Below, piece by piece: positions 38,901-52,065 of a stretch of DNA of 64,000 nt. The stretch comes from Guillardia theta CCMP2712. Lineage: Eukaryota; Protista; Cryptophyta. The position numbers and the translations under genes are program-made. The stretch lies in assembly GCF_000315625.1 (NCBI RefSeq), contig NW_005434656.1, positions 696,645 to 760,644 of the forward strand, in the 5' to 3' direction. Each line of letters begins with the position of its first letter. Position 1 is the first letter of the stretch. The notes beneath the pieces were generated by a model, which was not told the DNA's origin, ran no database searches, and saw only the letters and a program-made list of their open reading frames with translations.

Positions 38901-39370
38901 GATCTCAAGCCGAGTCTGCAGCTCGGTGTTCCTGCCCACCTGATTTCTCAGCTCTTGTTCGAGCTGTTCGATGCAGCTAGAAACCTCAAGTCAGTACACG
39001 CAAAGGTGACAATCTGCTCGGCTCTTATCTCTGTCCATTCCTTCTCTCCCTTGCTCCCTCCCTCCCTCCTCTCCATCCCCTTCCTCCTTGCCTCATTCTT
39101 CCCCTCTCTCCTCCCTACCCTGCACGTGATATTTGCTTCTTAGTCACAACTCTCATTGCCTTCCTGCCCTGACTTTCCCTCCTCCTCCTCCTCCTCCTCC
39201 TCCGGCCCAGCCCTCACCTTTCAAGCTTCGCCTTCTCCCAGCCGTTATCTGCAGCAAGAGACGCGTGCAGATCCTGCAGCTCTTCTTCCAGCTCCGTAAT
39301 CCTCAACCTGGCCTGCAGCAACTCCCCAGCAGAGACAGTTCTGGAGCTCGGCTTCTCTTCCTTCTCCTCC

Positions 39371-39411
<41 letters not shown>

Positions 39412-41004
39412 CTCGTTCCCCTCGTTCGAGTTTCTCTCTCTAACAATGTCCTGATACAGCGCCTCCTGCTCGAACAACTTTGCACGAAACAGCTCCCTCT
39501 CCCTGCTCAGCTTCTCCTTCAGCGCCTCCTCTCTCTCGAGTAGCTGCTGCAGCAGCACCCGCATCCTCGATCCCTCCTCCTCCCCTCCGACCATGCTCGA
39601 CAGTTCCGTGAAGAACGTCTCACTCAGCGGGTCAATGAGGAGCAGGGCGGAATCAATGGACTGCCTCCGTTCCCCAAGTGTCGGGTCCCTAGCAGGGAGA
39701 TCGTTGCTGACGATGTTTCTCCTCGCCAGAAGCTTCGAGCTTGAGGAGGAGGAGGCGAACTTGAGCGTCGAGATCGTTTCCCCAAAGTTCACCGGCTCGT
39801 TGCTCACGTTGGCGATCAGGAAGGTCTTGGAGTTCCCGCCTATACTGTTCCGGAGGAGGAAAGTCAGCTTGCTGTCCCTGTAGGGGATGTGCCTGCTGCC
39901 ACTCCCCAGGCTGAGGATGACGTTGCCGAGGGCAGAGAGCGAGCGGTTGATGTTGTTTGCTTCCTTTAACCTTTTCCCCTCCGACCTCGACTGGTTCTGT
40001 CGCTCGCTGCCTGCTAGATCAACCTGCCAGCAGGCACTCAGAAACTACCCCTCCTGCTCCACCCCACCCTCTTCCTCCCACCTTCTTCCCCCTCTCCATG
40101 GCTCTGTCCTCTCTACTTCACCTCTTCCGCCCTCTTTCTCCCTCATCACGCTGTCCCCATTCCTCCAACACGCTCCTTCCCACTGGCCAGGGGGCCCAAG
40201 GAAACTTACAAGGTGGAGGGCAGAAGTCTTGACCACCATCTTAGCCTTATCCTCCTCCCTCACGTCAAGAAACAGGCTCAGTATGCAGTGAGAGCGGCTG
40301 CTGCACTCGTTGGCGCATGTCGCGCCCACCCGCCTCCTCGCGATGCCTCCCCGAAGCAGCTCGAGGGCCTCGGACAAGCTGCGGACGAGGGGGGAGCAAG
40401 CGCCCTCAGCGAACGTGACCCCGTCATCCATCCTCTCCCTGATCTGCAGGGGCCTCGACTCGGCGACTAGCAGGTCGATAACCTGCTCGTTGTAGATCTC
40501 CAGCAAGCAGCACCGCAAAGCCACGTGCTGGGCGCCGGAGAAGTTCTGCTGCATCCTACCGAGGATGAACTCCAGGCTCCTGGGGATCAGGCCAGCCCCC
40601 TCTCTCTCCTCTAGAGATCCGTACATGGTATGCGTCTTGCCGCTGCCCGTCTGACCGTAGGCAAAGATGGCGGCGTTGAATCCGTCCAGGAACGCCTCGC
40701 ACGCCTCGCGCCCGACGGTCTCGAAGATTTCCTCCTGCGAGGAATCAGGTCCGGCGAGACTTTCGAAGTTGAAGTGGTAGAATCCTCCCTCTCCTCTCGA
40801 GCTGCTCAGATGCCTTGGGATCCGGAGCCGCAGCCTCCCGTCCTCCGACAGCGACAGCAGCGACCCCTGCAGACCCAACTGCTCCCGGAGACCGTTGGTA
40901 GACGAGCGGCGGCTCGCTGCCTTGTCCTCCTGCCTCGACTCCTGAGGTTTGATGCGCACGAGGACTTTGATCGCCTCTGCCTTTCCCTCCATGCTGGTGT
41001 CCAT
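35912..41004 (-). CDS. N-terminal motor kinesin with long coiled-coil tail (kinesin-12-like), multi-exon, spans a gap
   Basis: [63 protein letters not shown]. Confidence 0.9.
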
Positions 41005-42457
41005 CCTCGACAAGGGGTCACCTTCCTATGCTGGGGTCTACTAGCGCCAGTTGCCGGCAAAGGTCGATAGGCGGGGCTTCAACAAATCATGTTGACCTGT
41101 GCAGGGCAAAAGTTTGAGAATGGCGCGAGCGACGGCATGGTATCGGCTTCACGTGTTAGATCGCAATCCCGGACTCCAACATCATCTCGCAAGTCTTCAA
41201 CGACACTACTCCACCCTTGAGGACTCTAAGCCTCTCCTCTTCTACAAGTTCGTTCCTACTCTTGCTAAATCACCTCAATTCCAAAGTATCCCAACAGAAT
41301 GAGAAAATATGTGATCTTGTCTGTCTTTTACAACGCCGCCGGGGCTCTCGGCACCTCAAAATTCTCCATGTTTTGTGCACCTCCTTGCAACGCTCTTTAG
41401 TAAACTCTGTTCACTATGTCTTACCTCATATTCCTGCCCTCTTCTGCTCTTCTGTACTTCTACTCTTTCTTGTCCTCTCTTCGATTTACCTCACTTCTTC
41501 TCTCCTCTTCCCTCTCCTCTCCTGTCTTCCCCTCCTCTCCCCTCCTCTCCCCTCCTCTCCTCCTTCCTCCTTTCCTCTCCCCTCCCCTCCTCCTCCCCTC
41601 CTCCTTCCCTCCTCCTTCCCTCCTCCTCCCCTCCTCCTCCCCTCCTCCTCCTCTTGTCTTCCCCTCTTCTCTCCTCCTCTCCTCTTCCCTCCTGCACGCT
41701 ACTCATGTTGTGCATTGACATCGTCCACTATGCGGCATCAGTTCATCGGGTAAATGATACCCACCCTGACCAAAGACCCCTACCCCATGTCAGCCAGTGC
41801 CCTACCCTTCACCGACTTCACAAAGTGCAGGTGAATGGAGCACCGGTACTTTTACCTGCCAAAGTACCAGTAAAAGAAGGGAAATCAATCTAATTTGATA
41901 ACCCCCACCCTCCCGTGATTAACCCCTACCCCCCACATTGTATTCATCACCCCATCGCTCGCAGACCCCTCTCTGCCAGCTCCGTTCAAAAAATCCTTAG
42001 ATAGTACACCCTACCCCCCATAAATCACCCTGAATATATGAAACGCAGGGGTGGAGCATCCCCGAGCAAAACCCGAGGGTCATCCATCTCACGCGGTTAC
42101 AACCCTGCTCTTTTGTCGGGGAGCAGCGGGAGAGAGGGAGAGAGGGAGAGAGGGAGAGAGGGAGAGAGAGAGAGAGGGAGGGAGGGAGGGAGCAAGGCGA
42201 CGAGGCAAGAAAGGGCAGAGGGAGGAAGGAGCCGAGAACATATGCAGATGAGACGTGTGGGATCGAGCACAAAGGATACCGAATCCGTGAAACGACAAGA
42301 TAGAAGGAGGAAGTGTATGTGCTTGGTGAACATGTAGGCCGGTTGCAAACAAGTTGAGAAGACTTGCAGTGGTAGGACAGGGCAGATAAAGCCGTGCGGC
42401 ACGGTATTCATTTTGATGCGATTGATCAGCAGATATGACATTTCCAGCGGAAGAAAG

Positions 42458-44320
42458 ATGACAATGAGGCGACTGCTGTTGGCAAAACTTGGTTTCATCA
42501 GAGGCAGTGCTCACGTGCTATGTTGTCTCCTCCTCTTTACCGGCCGCGTCACAGCAGGGCAGAGAGAAAACTTCACGGTTGTTGCATCCCTGACAAGACC
42601 TGAGGAGATATACCTCCCAGGACGAGTCGGAGCAAGGTGCGAGCAGGTCAGTCACTCCTTCCCTCTTGCCTGTCGGCAGCCCTGACGGCCACTTGCTGCA
42701 GGCGCTGGTCAACTTTAGCAGGCCTCACAAGGAGCGATGGAACGCATCACTCGAGGACTTCTTGTCGCTGCTCCCGGCAAAATTTTCATCTCTCCGCGTA
42801 GGCGAAGTTTTCCCTGTGCTCAACGAGACCGCGGTCCTTGACCGATGGCTCAGAAAGCTCCACCCAGGAGCGAAACATGCTCGATACCATCCCCTCGACC
42901 CGCAGGTCAGACCGGAGGCTGGAGGGTACGGCATTCTCAGAGCCATCTCCAACGAGAGGATGGAGTTTCTTTTCCGCATCCAAGCAGAGTTCCTCCTGCA
43001 GCCATCTCCCCCGCTCTTTGCAATGCCCAGCAGGTTGGATGGAACGCTTGTCATGGATAGCTCAGGACAGAAAATTTTCTTCTTCGATTTGTCTCTTCCG
43101 ACTGTTCGCGCCTACAACCTACTGCTGGAGTGCGGGGAGCCCTTTGCTAAGCTGGGGAACAAGCTCGACGCTGCTCCGAGCTCCCCAGATGCCCGAAGAC
43201 TGACAGTAAATCGTCTGATCCTCAGGAGAGATGCAATCGACAAGGAGGGAGACAGAGAGGACGGGAACTGCGAGCTCTTGCAGGACAGCAACGATCACGT
43301 TGCTGCTCGTTTGAACGGGGAGGAACTACCGGATGATGTGGAACCCCCATTGATGAGGATGGACGACAGAGATCAAGCTGAGATCGCTGCAAGCAACGAC
43401 GGAACTCCCGGAGGGGTTGAAGGAGGAGCTGCCATGGCCATGGCAGATTTTCAGGTGTCGCCATTCGCATGAGGTGTTCCGTTGACCTTTGCCTACAGTT
43501 TTTCCCAGGAGTGAACTCAGAGGAGAGCCCAGCCGCGGACATGACTCTGGACACTGCAGTGCAGGTATGAACGGCCGGGCTGTGCGATTCTGCCGCCTGC
43601 CAGTGATCTGCTGGACAGGAGCTGAACTTCACGGAAATGAGGATCCAGTATCGATCGGAGCTATACGATCAGCAGGTGGCGATCGAATGGACCGCGTCGT
43701 TGCCTGTGGCAGACGCACAAGACAAACTTGCCGTCTCTCTGTACCCCTTCCTCGGTGCTGGCTACGACCAGGACTACATGCAAGCCTTCGAGAGGGCAGG
43801 AAGCAGCAGGCGGCCGCTCTTGGCCGTCGTGCTGTGGGGGGCACTGGATGATTCGTCGTGCTGAGGGACTGGAAGGGTCCTGCGGAGTCTGGTGGGTGTT
43901 CGGGCCCCTGCGATCCCATCCTGACGTGCGTGCAGCTTTCTGAGACACCTGTCATACTCCTGCTGAGGGAGAGGTTTGTCAATACCTGGGTCCTCAAGAA
44001 AGATCTAGAGGATGACCTGAGCACGAACTCGGAGGGTTCCACCATGCTACCCCGCAGGATGCTAGCAAGGCGCCTCCTCGCCGCATCGGACCAGCTTGCC
44101 CAGGTTTTCCTCAGGGGGGCAGGGCGAGTCTCACCTGCTGTTCCAGGTTGTCGTTCTCACGGCTGATGAATACGGAGATTTCAGTTCGGAGCGGGCGGCG
44201 CTGACCTTGTACACAGAGACAGGCGCTAACGCCGCTATGGACAGAACCGTGAGCGGTTTCATGCAGTTTTTGCAGGACTGCCTGGACCAGCATCACCAAC
44301 ATAACCAGGCGGACATTTGA
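42458..44320 (+). CDS. SELENON: Selenoprotein N homolog; Sec-UGA at 43862-43864
   Basis: LWGALDDSSC-TGA-GTGRVLRSL|LSETPVILLLRERFVNTWVL aligns with SelN LWGALDDQSCUGSGRTLRE...PILTLLNESFISTW. Hydrophobic N-terminus; SECIS in the 3' UTR. Confidence 0.9.
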
Positions 44321-44326
44321 TCTGCG

Positions 44327-44391
44327 GCAAGCTTCACACATGACGAGGCATCTTGAAACCGGGAGGAGAGGTGTCTCCGATACAAGCTTGC
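44327..44391 (+). promoter_or_regulatory. SECIS element (type II-like)
   Basis: Helix I GCAAGCTT/AAGCTTGC; core ATGA (44340-44343) with GA (44379-44380); helix II GAGGCATCTT/GAGGTGTCTC; apical AAA (44356-44358) plus a CC/GG ministem. Confidence 0.9.
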
Positions 44392-44736
44392 AAATAAACA
44401 TGAAAACAAGGCTTTCAGTGCTGCTTTTGAGTGCAAGAAAAAAAAAAGAGTTCATTCGTACTTTACACGTCATCGCACAAATCTATGCCAAACAGAAGAT
44501 ACTTCTACTTCACATCAACAATAGACTTGAGAGCGACGAAGCAGCCTGCCATGTTTGCGCTGTCGAAGGCTGATACATTTTTGTGCAATACAGATGTACA
44601 TGAGTTTGGTGCGCCAACAAAAAGGACATGCAGCAAAGAAATTCAAAGAAGAAGAGGTGCCGTGGTCGGAGCTGTACAATCCTGTGAACGTCCGAACATA
44701 CTGATAAATTCACCGATGAAGGGCCAGGTCGTTTCC

Positions 44737-45195
44737 TTACTCCATGTCCACCGGTCCATCTTTCACATCATCGCTCTCCATCCGCAGCAATTTGCGCTTG
44801 TTACATGCTCTGTCGGGAGGTGGGACATATTTCGCCTCAGTGAGCAAACGGCTCGTTGCTGCTGTCACATTGCTTTCCAGTTTGCTCCAGTTTGCAAACT
44901 CTCCAGCAGGCAGAGCAAACGCACCCTGCCCTTGAGAAGCTGCTAGCCTGCTATCAACACTCACGGGGTCGGCATCACCCGTATCAGAGTTTTCTTCCTG
45001 CACCACCTCAATCTTACATTCCCCTGACAAGCTCATGCTCTTCTTCATCGCGCTCCGCTGGTATGAATCGAGCCATTGGGAGTCTTCCATCATGACGTTC
45101 ATCATCCAATCAGGCATGAAACAATCTTCATGTGAATTGCCTCGGCAAGTCTCCAGCTTCATGAAGCCGCTCATCGAGTCGTTCTGGTCTTCCAT
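44737..45195 (-). CDS. Hypothetical protein (probably spliced, 3' end uncertain)
   Basis: Open frame MEDQNDSMSGFMKL... with plausible splice sites; no recognised domain. Confidence 0.4.
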   Translation of the reverse strand: MEDQNDSMSGFMKLETCRGNSHEDCFMPDWMMNVMMEDSQWLDSYQRSAMKKSMSLSGECKIEVVQEENSDTGDADPVSVDSRLAASQGQGAFALPAGEFANWSKLESNVTAATSRLLTEAKYVPPPDRACNKRKLLRMESDDVKDGPVDME

Positions 45196-46589
45196 GTCGC
45201 CTCTACCGCCACTTGAGCTGTTGCGAGAATGAGCGATTTGAATGATCAAGATCAATGAGATGGCAAGAGAACAACAACGTAACCCAGAGCAGTCAGTCAC
45301 TGAACAGTAAGCAAACAGGTGGATGTAAAGTACTCTTCTCCTCTGCCCGTCTGTCACAAGTTTGCCCTACAGCCTCACGCTCCGCTCCTCCTTCTCCCCG
45401 AGTATACCCTGCATGCGACGGTGCGCACGGACTGGAAACATGACCGATGACCAGGAAGGATATGAAAACACTTCTTATATGACTCCATAACACTTGGTTT
45501 GGGATGAGAAATAACACTATTTGAAATCTTAATCTCAAGATCTTCACTTTCTATAAAGTACCCCTTCATAACCCACTCACCACCCCAGGTCGGAGTTGCA
45601 ACAGAGTCAAACTTTCTAAACTTTGAGCATCGCAATCTTTGAAATTTTGATGTCCGGGATCAACCAAAGAACAACGCTTCGGGCTCAGTACCGATTAGAA
45701 CGTAAAAGTCAGTGGTCTCTGATGCCATTTGGATCTGAAACAACCCGTTTTCCCATTTTCAAAACCGTAGAGTTGCCCGACATAACGGACATGACTGGCC
45801 CCGCCGCCTCCGAGCACCGGGCGAACCAATTGAACCCGGAGCCTCAAGGCCGGGCCGGGCCGCCGAACCGGGCCGCCGAACCGGGGCGGCCCGGTGATGG
45901 CCCGGTGGTCCAACTGGTGTGAGAGGAGAGGCATCGGGACCACCCCCGGTTCAAGATCGACACATCCGGCCAGGGGAAGCACCGGTCCCTTTCCCAAGAC
46001 AAGTTGGTGCACGTGCGAGACCCACCCCAAAGCATTGCTTTATGTGGGTACCACCTCCTTGCACCCTCTCGTAAACCTACCACCCCTTCTCATCGGTCGG
46101 TCTATAACACAGTGAGCTCAAGTACCCCTGCATCACCATTGAGAACCCCCAGATTGACTGGACTAAGACCGTTCCACAAACAAATAGATGAAGAGGCTTT
46201 ACACCAGTACCCACCCCGTTTGTGAGTACCCCACTGTATACTCACCTTTGCCATACCCCTACCCCTACCCCAAACGGCGATACCTAAAGACTTGGTATCG
46301 TTGTCGAAGCGAAAAGCACGCAGAGAGTACTACCCCTGCTGGGTAGTTGAGTACCCGACCAATCACTTTATACATCCTCTACACCTTCTCTTCACATCCC
46401 TACCGGTTGTTTGAACGAAAGGCCAAAGACAGGAGACCCGGTACTGACCTTTGACTACCCACCCCCTTTCGTATCCAAAACACCACTACCAATGCTCCCC
46501 CACCCTACCCTCCACAGCCACAAAACTTCCACCACCCCACCCGTGCCTTTATACTTGGGAGTCCGGGAGCTTCGCCATCCCCTGCCGCC

Positions 46590-47817
46590 ATGGACACTCT
46601 CGCAGCACATGCAGCTTCAGCAACCGCTGATGATCATCTTACTGGCACCCTCGCTGCCAAGGTGATGGTCAACAGCAGTCTTTCATATCCATCTGTCAAT
46701 TCTTTCTCTGGCGAGCAAATTTCACTTTTGCTGTCTGTTTGCGCGTCTATTTCGTTTGGACACAACTATGTGTTTTGAGACCCGAGCATTTATCATCTCT
46801 TACGATATGTACACTTGATTTTTGTCTGGTTATCACACACACGATGATCTGTTCAACCTGTCCTGATCGAACTTGAAACAATCTCGGGGAGAAGAGGTTG
46901 AGTAATTTGTTTCTCCAGGTCGGGCACGCTCAGATGTTGAAGGGTGGAGTCATCATGGATGTGATGAATCCTGAGCAAGCAAGAATAGCACAGGAAGCCG
47001 GTGCTTGTGCAGGTACATCATTTACTTCCATCACCTCTCAGATGCATCTGACTAGAACGCAGTTATGGCGCTCGAGCGCATTCCTGCTGACATCCGCCAG
47101 CAGGGTGGAGTTGCACGCATGAGTGATCCCAAGATGATCAAGGAGATCAAGGCTGCTGTCACCATCCCTGTCATGGCCAAGTGCCGCATTGGCCACACTG
47201 TCGAAGCCCAGATCTTGGAGGCTATCGACATCGACTACATCGATGAGTCGGAGGTTTTGACTCCTGCCGACGATGTGCACCACGTCAACAAGAACAAGTT
47301 CAAGGTTCCTTTTGTGAACGGATGCCGCAACCTTGGCGAAGCCCTTCGTCGTATCGCTGAGGGTGCTGCCATGATCCGTACCAAGGGTGAGGCTGGTACC
47401 GGCAATGTGGTCGAGGCTGTTCGCCACGCCAAGGCCGTGCAGAGTGAGATCCGCCGCCTTCAGTCAATGGACGAGGATGAGTTGTACGTGTATGCTAAGG
47501 ATATTCAGGCTCCTCTGTCCCTTGTCAAGAAGACCAAGGAGCTTGGCAGGCTGCCTGTTGTGAACTTCGCTGCCGGCGGTGTTGCGACACCGGCTGATGC
47601 TGCTTTGATGATGCAGCTGGGCATGGACGGCGTGTTCGTCGGAAGTGGAATCTTCAAGTCTGGGAACCCCAAGAAGCGTGCAGAGGCCATTGTGAAGGCT
47701 GTCACTCACTACAACGATCCCAAGATGCTTGCTGAGATCAGTGAGGACCTCGGAGAGGCGATGGTTGGCATCAACTCAGGAGAAGGTTACATCATGTTCT
47801 GCAACCGCGACTCGTAA
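46590..47817 (+). CDS. PDX1: Pyridoxal 5'-phosphate synthase subunit (3 exons)
   Basis: TGTLAAK|[61 protein letters not shown]. Introns 46662-46918 and about 47013-47062. Confidence 0.97.
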
Positions 47818-49867
47818 TTGAGGAAACGTCTTTGTAACATAAGCTGGGGATCTCGTAAAAAGTATTCAACACCCTCACGTTGAACCATTGGGCTGCCTGG
47901 TAGGACCACGGCTGCCTTTCCGTGGTGTGCTTGCGGTCTGCTGGCCGCGCCTCGCATGACTCAGTTCGCTCACGGCGGATCATCTGATCGCGTAACCAGC
48001 TCCCGGCCACTGCTGATGGAGCGGTTCAAGGCTTTGATGGCTGTAATTCAATGTTAAAACTCCGTTTAACAGTACTTCCAAGGTCGTCGATGCGGCAGGG
48101 TCGACTGACGAGTCTAATATTGTCGCTCGGACAATTGAATGATTGCCACGGATGATCACTGATCCGACGGTATCATATAGTATCATGGGCAGACAGGCGC
48201 TGGCTGGCCCGGCGCTCCGGGTGGCCCATGGCATTTACCAATGGCATCCGGTTCATGGCATGACCATACTGAGTAGCCTGTACGCCGTCCCAGTCCGATC
48301 GTCCCGGCTGTCACAGTGTCCCGGAGCCTCGGAGCCTCGCCGTCCGACGAGCCTTGGCGGCTCATGACTCTGTGATTAGTAAGCCGGGCCCCCGGGATCG
48401 GGACCGCGCCGGGCTCATCGCGGCGGCGGCCGGTGAGAGATGAGTCCGACCGGCCGTGGGTATGATGAAGTGTCCGAGGCGTTTGCTTTCTTTTTTGTGA
48501 GAGTCGGAGGCTGACCGCCCCGGCTGCCTTACCTTCATTTTTTATCGTCTTTTTGTGCAGCGGTTGCCAAAGGGGGTGGGCACGTGAGGCAGCTCCTGCA
48601 GGGTCCCGGGGGGTAGGGTCGCAATACAAATTGGGGAGGTCAGGGTAGACGAATGCACGTGAACAAGGGGCAGTGTAGGAGCCAGTCCAAGATTGATCGA
48701 GCAGACAATTGAAGAAAGGATGCAAAGAGGTATGTTCTATTTACCTCGCTCATAGAGGATTTTGAGGCAAACGTAGGTAGGGTCCCTGCGCGTCCCCTGC
48801 AAACCTCTCAGGGGTAGGGTCGCATCGCAAAGTGGGTAGGGTGAATGATGTGGCTGACTCAAAGCAGGGGTGCTTGCTACTTTGTTTCTGAGGTACTCAC
48901 TATGGTGGGTGGTAATATTGAGTAAAAGATAAGGCCCTTCCTAGAGCTTTCTAGAACTGGTGCATGTTAGGGGTATGGAATTGAACAGGGTGGTCCACTG
49001 TGATCAAGGGTAGGGTTAAATTTGTGTTCCAAAGAGGGGTAGAAAATGCACTAATAGGCAGAATGTTTTCACCGGGGGTAGTGCGTTGTGTCCCAACAAT
49101 TTAAAATGTTTAGTTACTTTTTATTGTATTATAAATTTATACCGAGTAAGTTTCATCAATGCTTTATTTGTACCTCAAAATTTCTCACAGCCTATTTTAG
49201 AGGAGGTGAGAGGGGTGGGTTCTTTGGAGCCCTCACTTTTCCGGGTGTTTTCAATGAAGGGGTGGGGTGAGTGTGGGGATTGCAGCAGACGGTAAACACG
49301 GGACGAAACTTTCCGGGGGTTGATACAGGGAGGGGGTGGGGTGTAGGCTAGGGATCACCGGGTACTTTACATAGGAGATGAAGGGTCGTGTGAAAACAAG
49401 GGGGTGGGGGGTGGGGGTGGGGGTGCTGGGGGTTTTTGGTTTGTGGCAGGACTGATGATGTTGTTATGACGACAGTGCACAAACGAAAATGCGCGAGAGA
49501 GAAGGGTCAGAGGGAGAGAACACGCTGCATACAGGGTTCAAATGAACAAATGAGGTTGTGAATGAGATGAAAGGATGAAGAATGAGGCGAGGCGAGGATG
49601 TGGAAGACGTGGAGAGGTCGGTGGAAGATGAGGGAAGTAAACGGGAAGGGATCCGGTTCGGCAAGCAGTGCGGATGTGAATCTTGAAGTTTTGAAGCTCT
49701 CGCCCACAATGATTGAATGTTTGAATTGTCCTCGCTGCCTCAAACTCGGAAGTTGGGCACAAATTCTTTGAATCTCCGTCTCACAGAACGGTCGCAATCC
49801 AACGAACCTTGCGGTTCCTCGATTCGGATTGGCACAGATCTCCTCCAGAGCATCAGCATACAAGGCA

Positions 49868-51740
49868 ATGAGTGCAGGTTCAGTTGCAAGTGCAGCAACT
49901 GCTAGGCTGTCCGGAGAGAGCATGGACGCAATGAAACGAAAGAATGATGGTGAGCCTTGCGTTGTTTTCTTATGGCTTGCTGACAACCAGCACGAAGGAA
50001 TCTGGCTGAAGCCTGTAAGTGAAGAAGATCTCTTGACTTGGCAAGGATTGGTCCTGGGTCCAGCTCTGTCGCCTTATGCATTTGGATTCTTTTCCTTTTC
50101 GATCAAGGTATTTGAGCAAAGGCGGCATGTGGACAACTTTGGTTGACTCGAGTGCAGTTTCCTGCGGAATACCCAAGCTGCGCTCCTGTGGTTCATTTTT
50201 TGACGACCAACGGTGGCAAGACAAGGTGATCAACAGTTTAAGTGAAGCAAATCTTGCGACTTGATGCTCGCCATGCAGGTTCAATCCAAACTTGTATGCA
50301 GATGGCAAAGTCTGCCTGAGCATTCTAGGGACGTGGAGGGGGGAAAGTGGTGAGTTGTGGAGCAGTGTGCAAAACTGTCACTCCGTCATGGTTTCAATAC
50401 AATCTCTGTTGGACGACGAGCCATATCACAATGAGCCTGGCTTTGAGAAGCAACGAAGTGTAAGTTTTGATTCATTTGTTACCTCGTTGGAAGGATCGGC
50501 TAAGGTGAGTGTTGCCCTCACGCACGAACCCCCCTTGAAGTTTGTCTTGACCAGGCTTCTCGGGACTACAATCTCAAAATCACACATGAGACCGTCAGGG
50601 TTGCCGTCTGTGACGTGTTGGAGGAGATCCTGAATCGATCGGAAGTTGAAGAAGCCGCCAACGGCTTTTGTGATATAATCAAGTGGCACTTTTTGTTGTA
50701 CTGCAGTCGATATTTGGAGATCGTTGATCAGCATGCTGAAGTCGAGGTGATATGCGCATCACTTGACATGGAGCGTGTCCACCTCACGAAGAACTTAGGG
50801 TGAGTTCGAGATCATGGAGTTCGAGTATCAACGCAACTGGATGAGCGGATCATTCAACTTCAAGGTGCTTGCTTGTGAATTTTTCCAGCTCCGTGTGCTG
50901 ACATCAGTACAGGAGCTGAGATCACGGATCTTGCTCATCAAGGAAAGCCTGGTATGCTCTATCATTTGTACAGGGTATGCTTCATTTAAACTCCTGATCC
51001 AGGTCAAGGAACTTGTTCAGTGGCAGAGGGAAGGGGTCGAGAGTTCCAAGCATCAATCGTTTGCATGCCAGCACATCTTGAGCGCATTTGAGGTGCTGGA
51101 CACTAAACTTATTGCTTGTATATCTTTGAAATATTGTACTGATCACATCTACATCTTTCAGAAATGGTCAAAACTGAGCAATGCGGGGATCAGCGCGGCT
51201 CCCAGGGAGGCGAACAAGTTCGTATGGGACGTGACCATCATGGGAGACTTGGACGGGGGATGGTGATAGCTTCTGATTCCATGCATGCATGTAAGACCAA
51301 GTGCTAGGTATGAGAATGGCATGTACCAACTGGAGATCACGTTTCCTCCTAATTTCCCGGATTGCATGCCCCGACCGAGGTTTCAGACGCAAATGTTTCA
51401 TCCCCAGGTACATATCCAGCTCAAACGGTGCATGCCCCAATATGACGCCCTTGTTTCAGATCGACGAAGATGGCTTTCCCTTTCTGTCTGTCAGCATGAC
51501 AGATTCCAAGGTTTCTGTTGCTATTTTCAATCGCCGCTCACAAAGTCTTAGAACGTTCAAGCTATCATATCCGACGTTCATTCCTTATTGAAGAATCCCC
51601 CAAGCCCCGACCCTCGTACCTGGGTGAACAAGAAAGCTGCGGATATGTATTTCGGCGGGGATCAAGAGGAATTCAAACGAACAGTCAGGCGCTATGCTCA
51701 GAGAAGCATGGAGCAGAGTAAGAAGATTCGCGATGGATGA
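49868..51740 (+). CDS. UBE2Z-like ubiquitin-conjugating enzyme fused to a second, Cys-less E2-like (UEV) domain
   Basis: [19 protein letters not shown]...[10 protein letters not shown]. Second domain WDVTIMG...[17 protein letters not shown]...FHPQ|IDEDGFPF...VNKKAA. Many short introns. Confidence 0.85.
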
Positions 51741-52065
51741 ACGTTTCTTGACATGTACAACAGGCGATTCATGACGAATGTTTTCAATTGCTTGCACTTC
51801 TTGCAAGATCATACACTTTCACATTCTCTTTTACTGATTCACCATACACTTGTTTCATATTCTTTTGTCGCATTGTCCATGTATTCATAAATAATGCGAA
51901 TGGTCTGATATAATGATTCTGGTTGTTCATTACATTGTCAACATTCTCCACGCTTTTGCATTCAGGATGTCGAGCATTTGTACACTATAACTGTTCAAAA
52001 GATTGTTCATGCCGCATGGCTCTCAATCTCGTTAATAGGCGAGAAGTCAAATCTTGTCACACAGA

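Noticed and set aside
43862-43864. Premature stop or pseudogene
   Set aside because: The TGA sits at the SelN Sec position and a SECIS is present.
46662-46918. TPP riboswitch, snoRNA or Sm-site RNA in the PDX1 intron
   Set aside because: Only isolated words (TGAGA, ATGAT/CTGA, ATTTTTG) are present; the ordered consensus is lacking.
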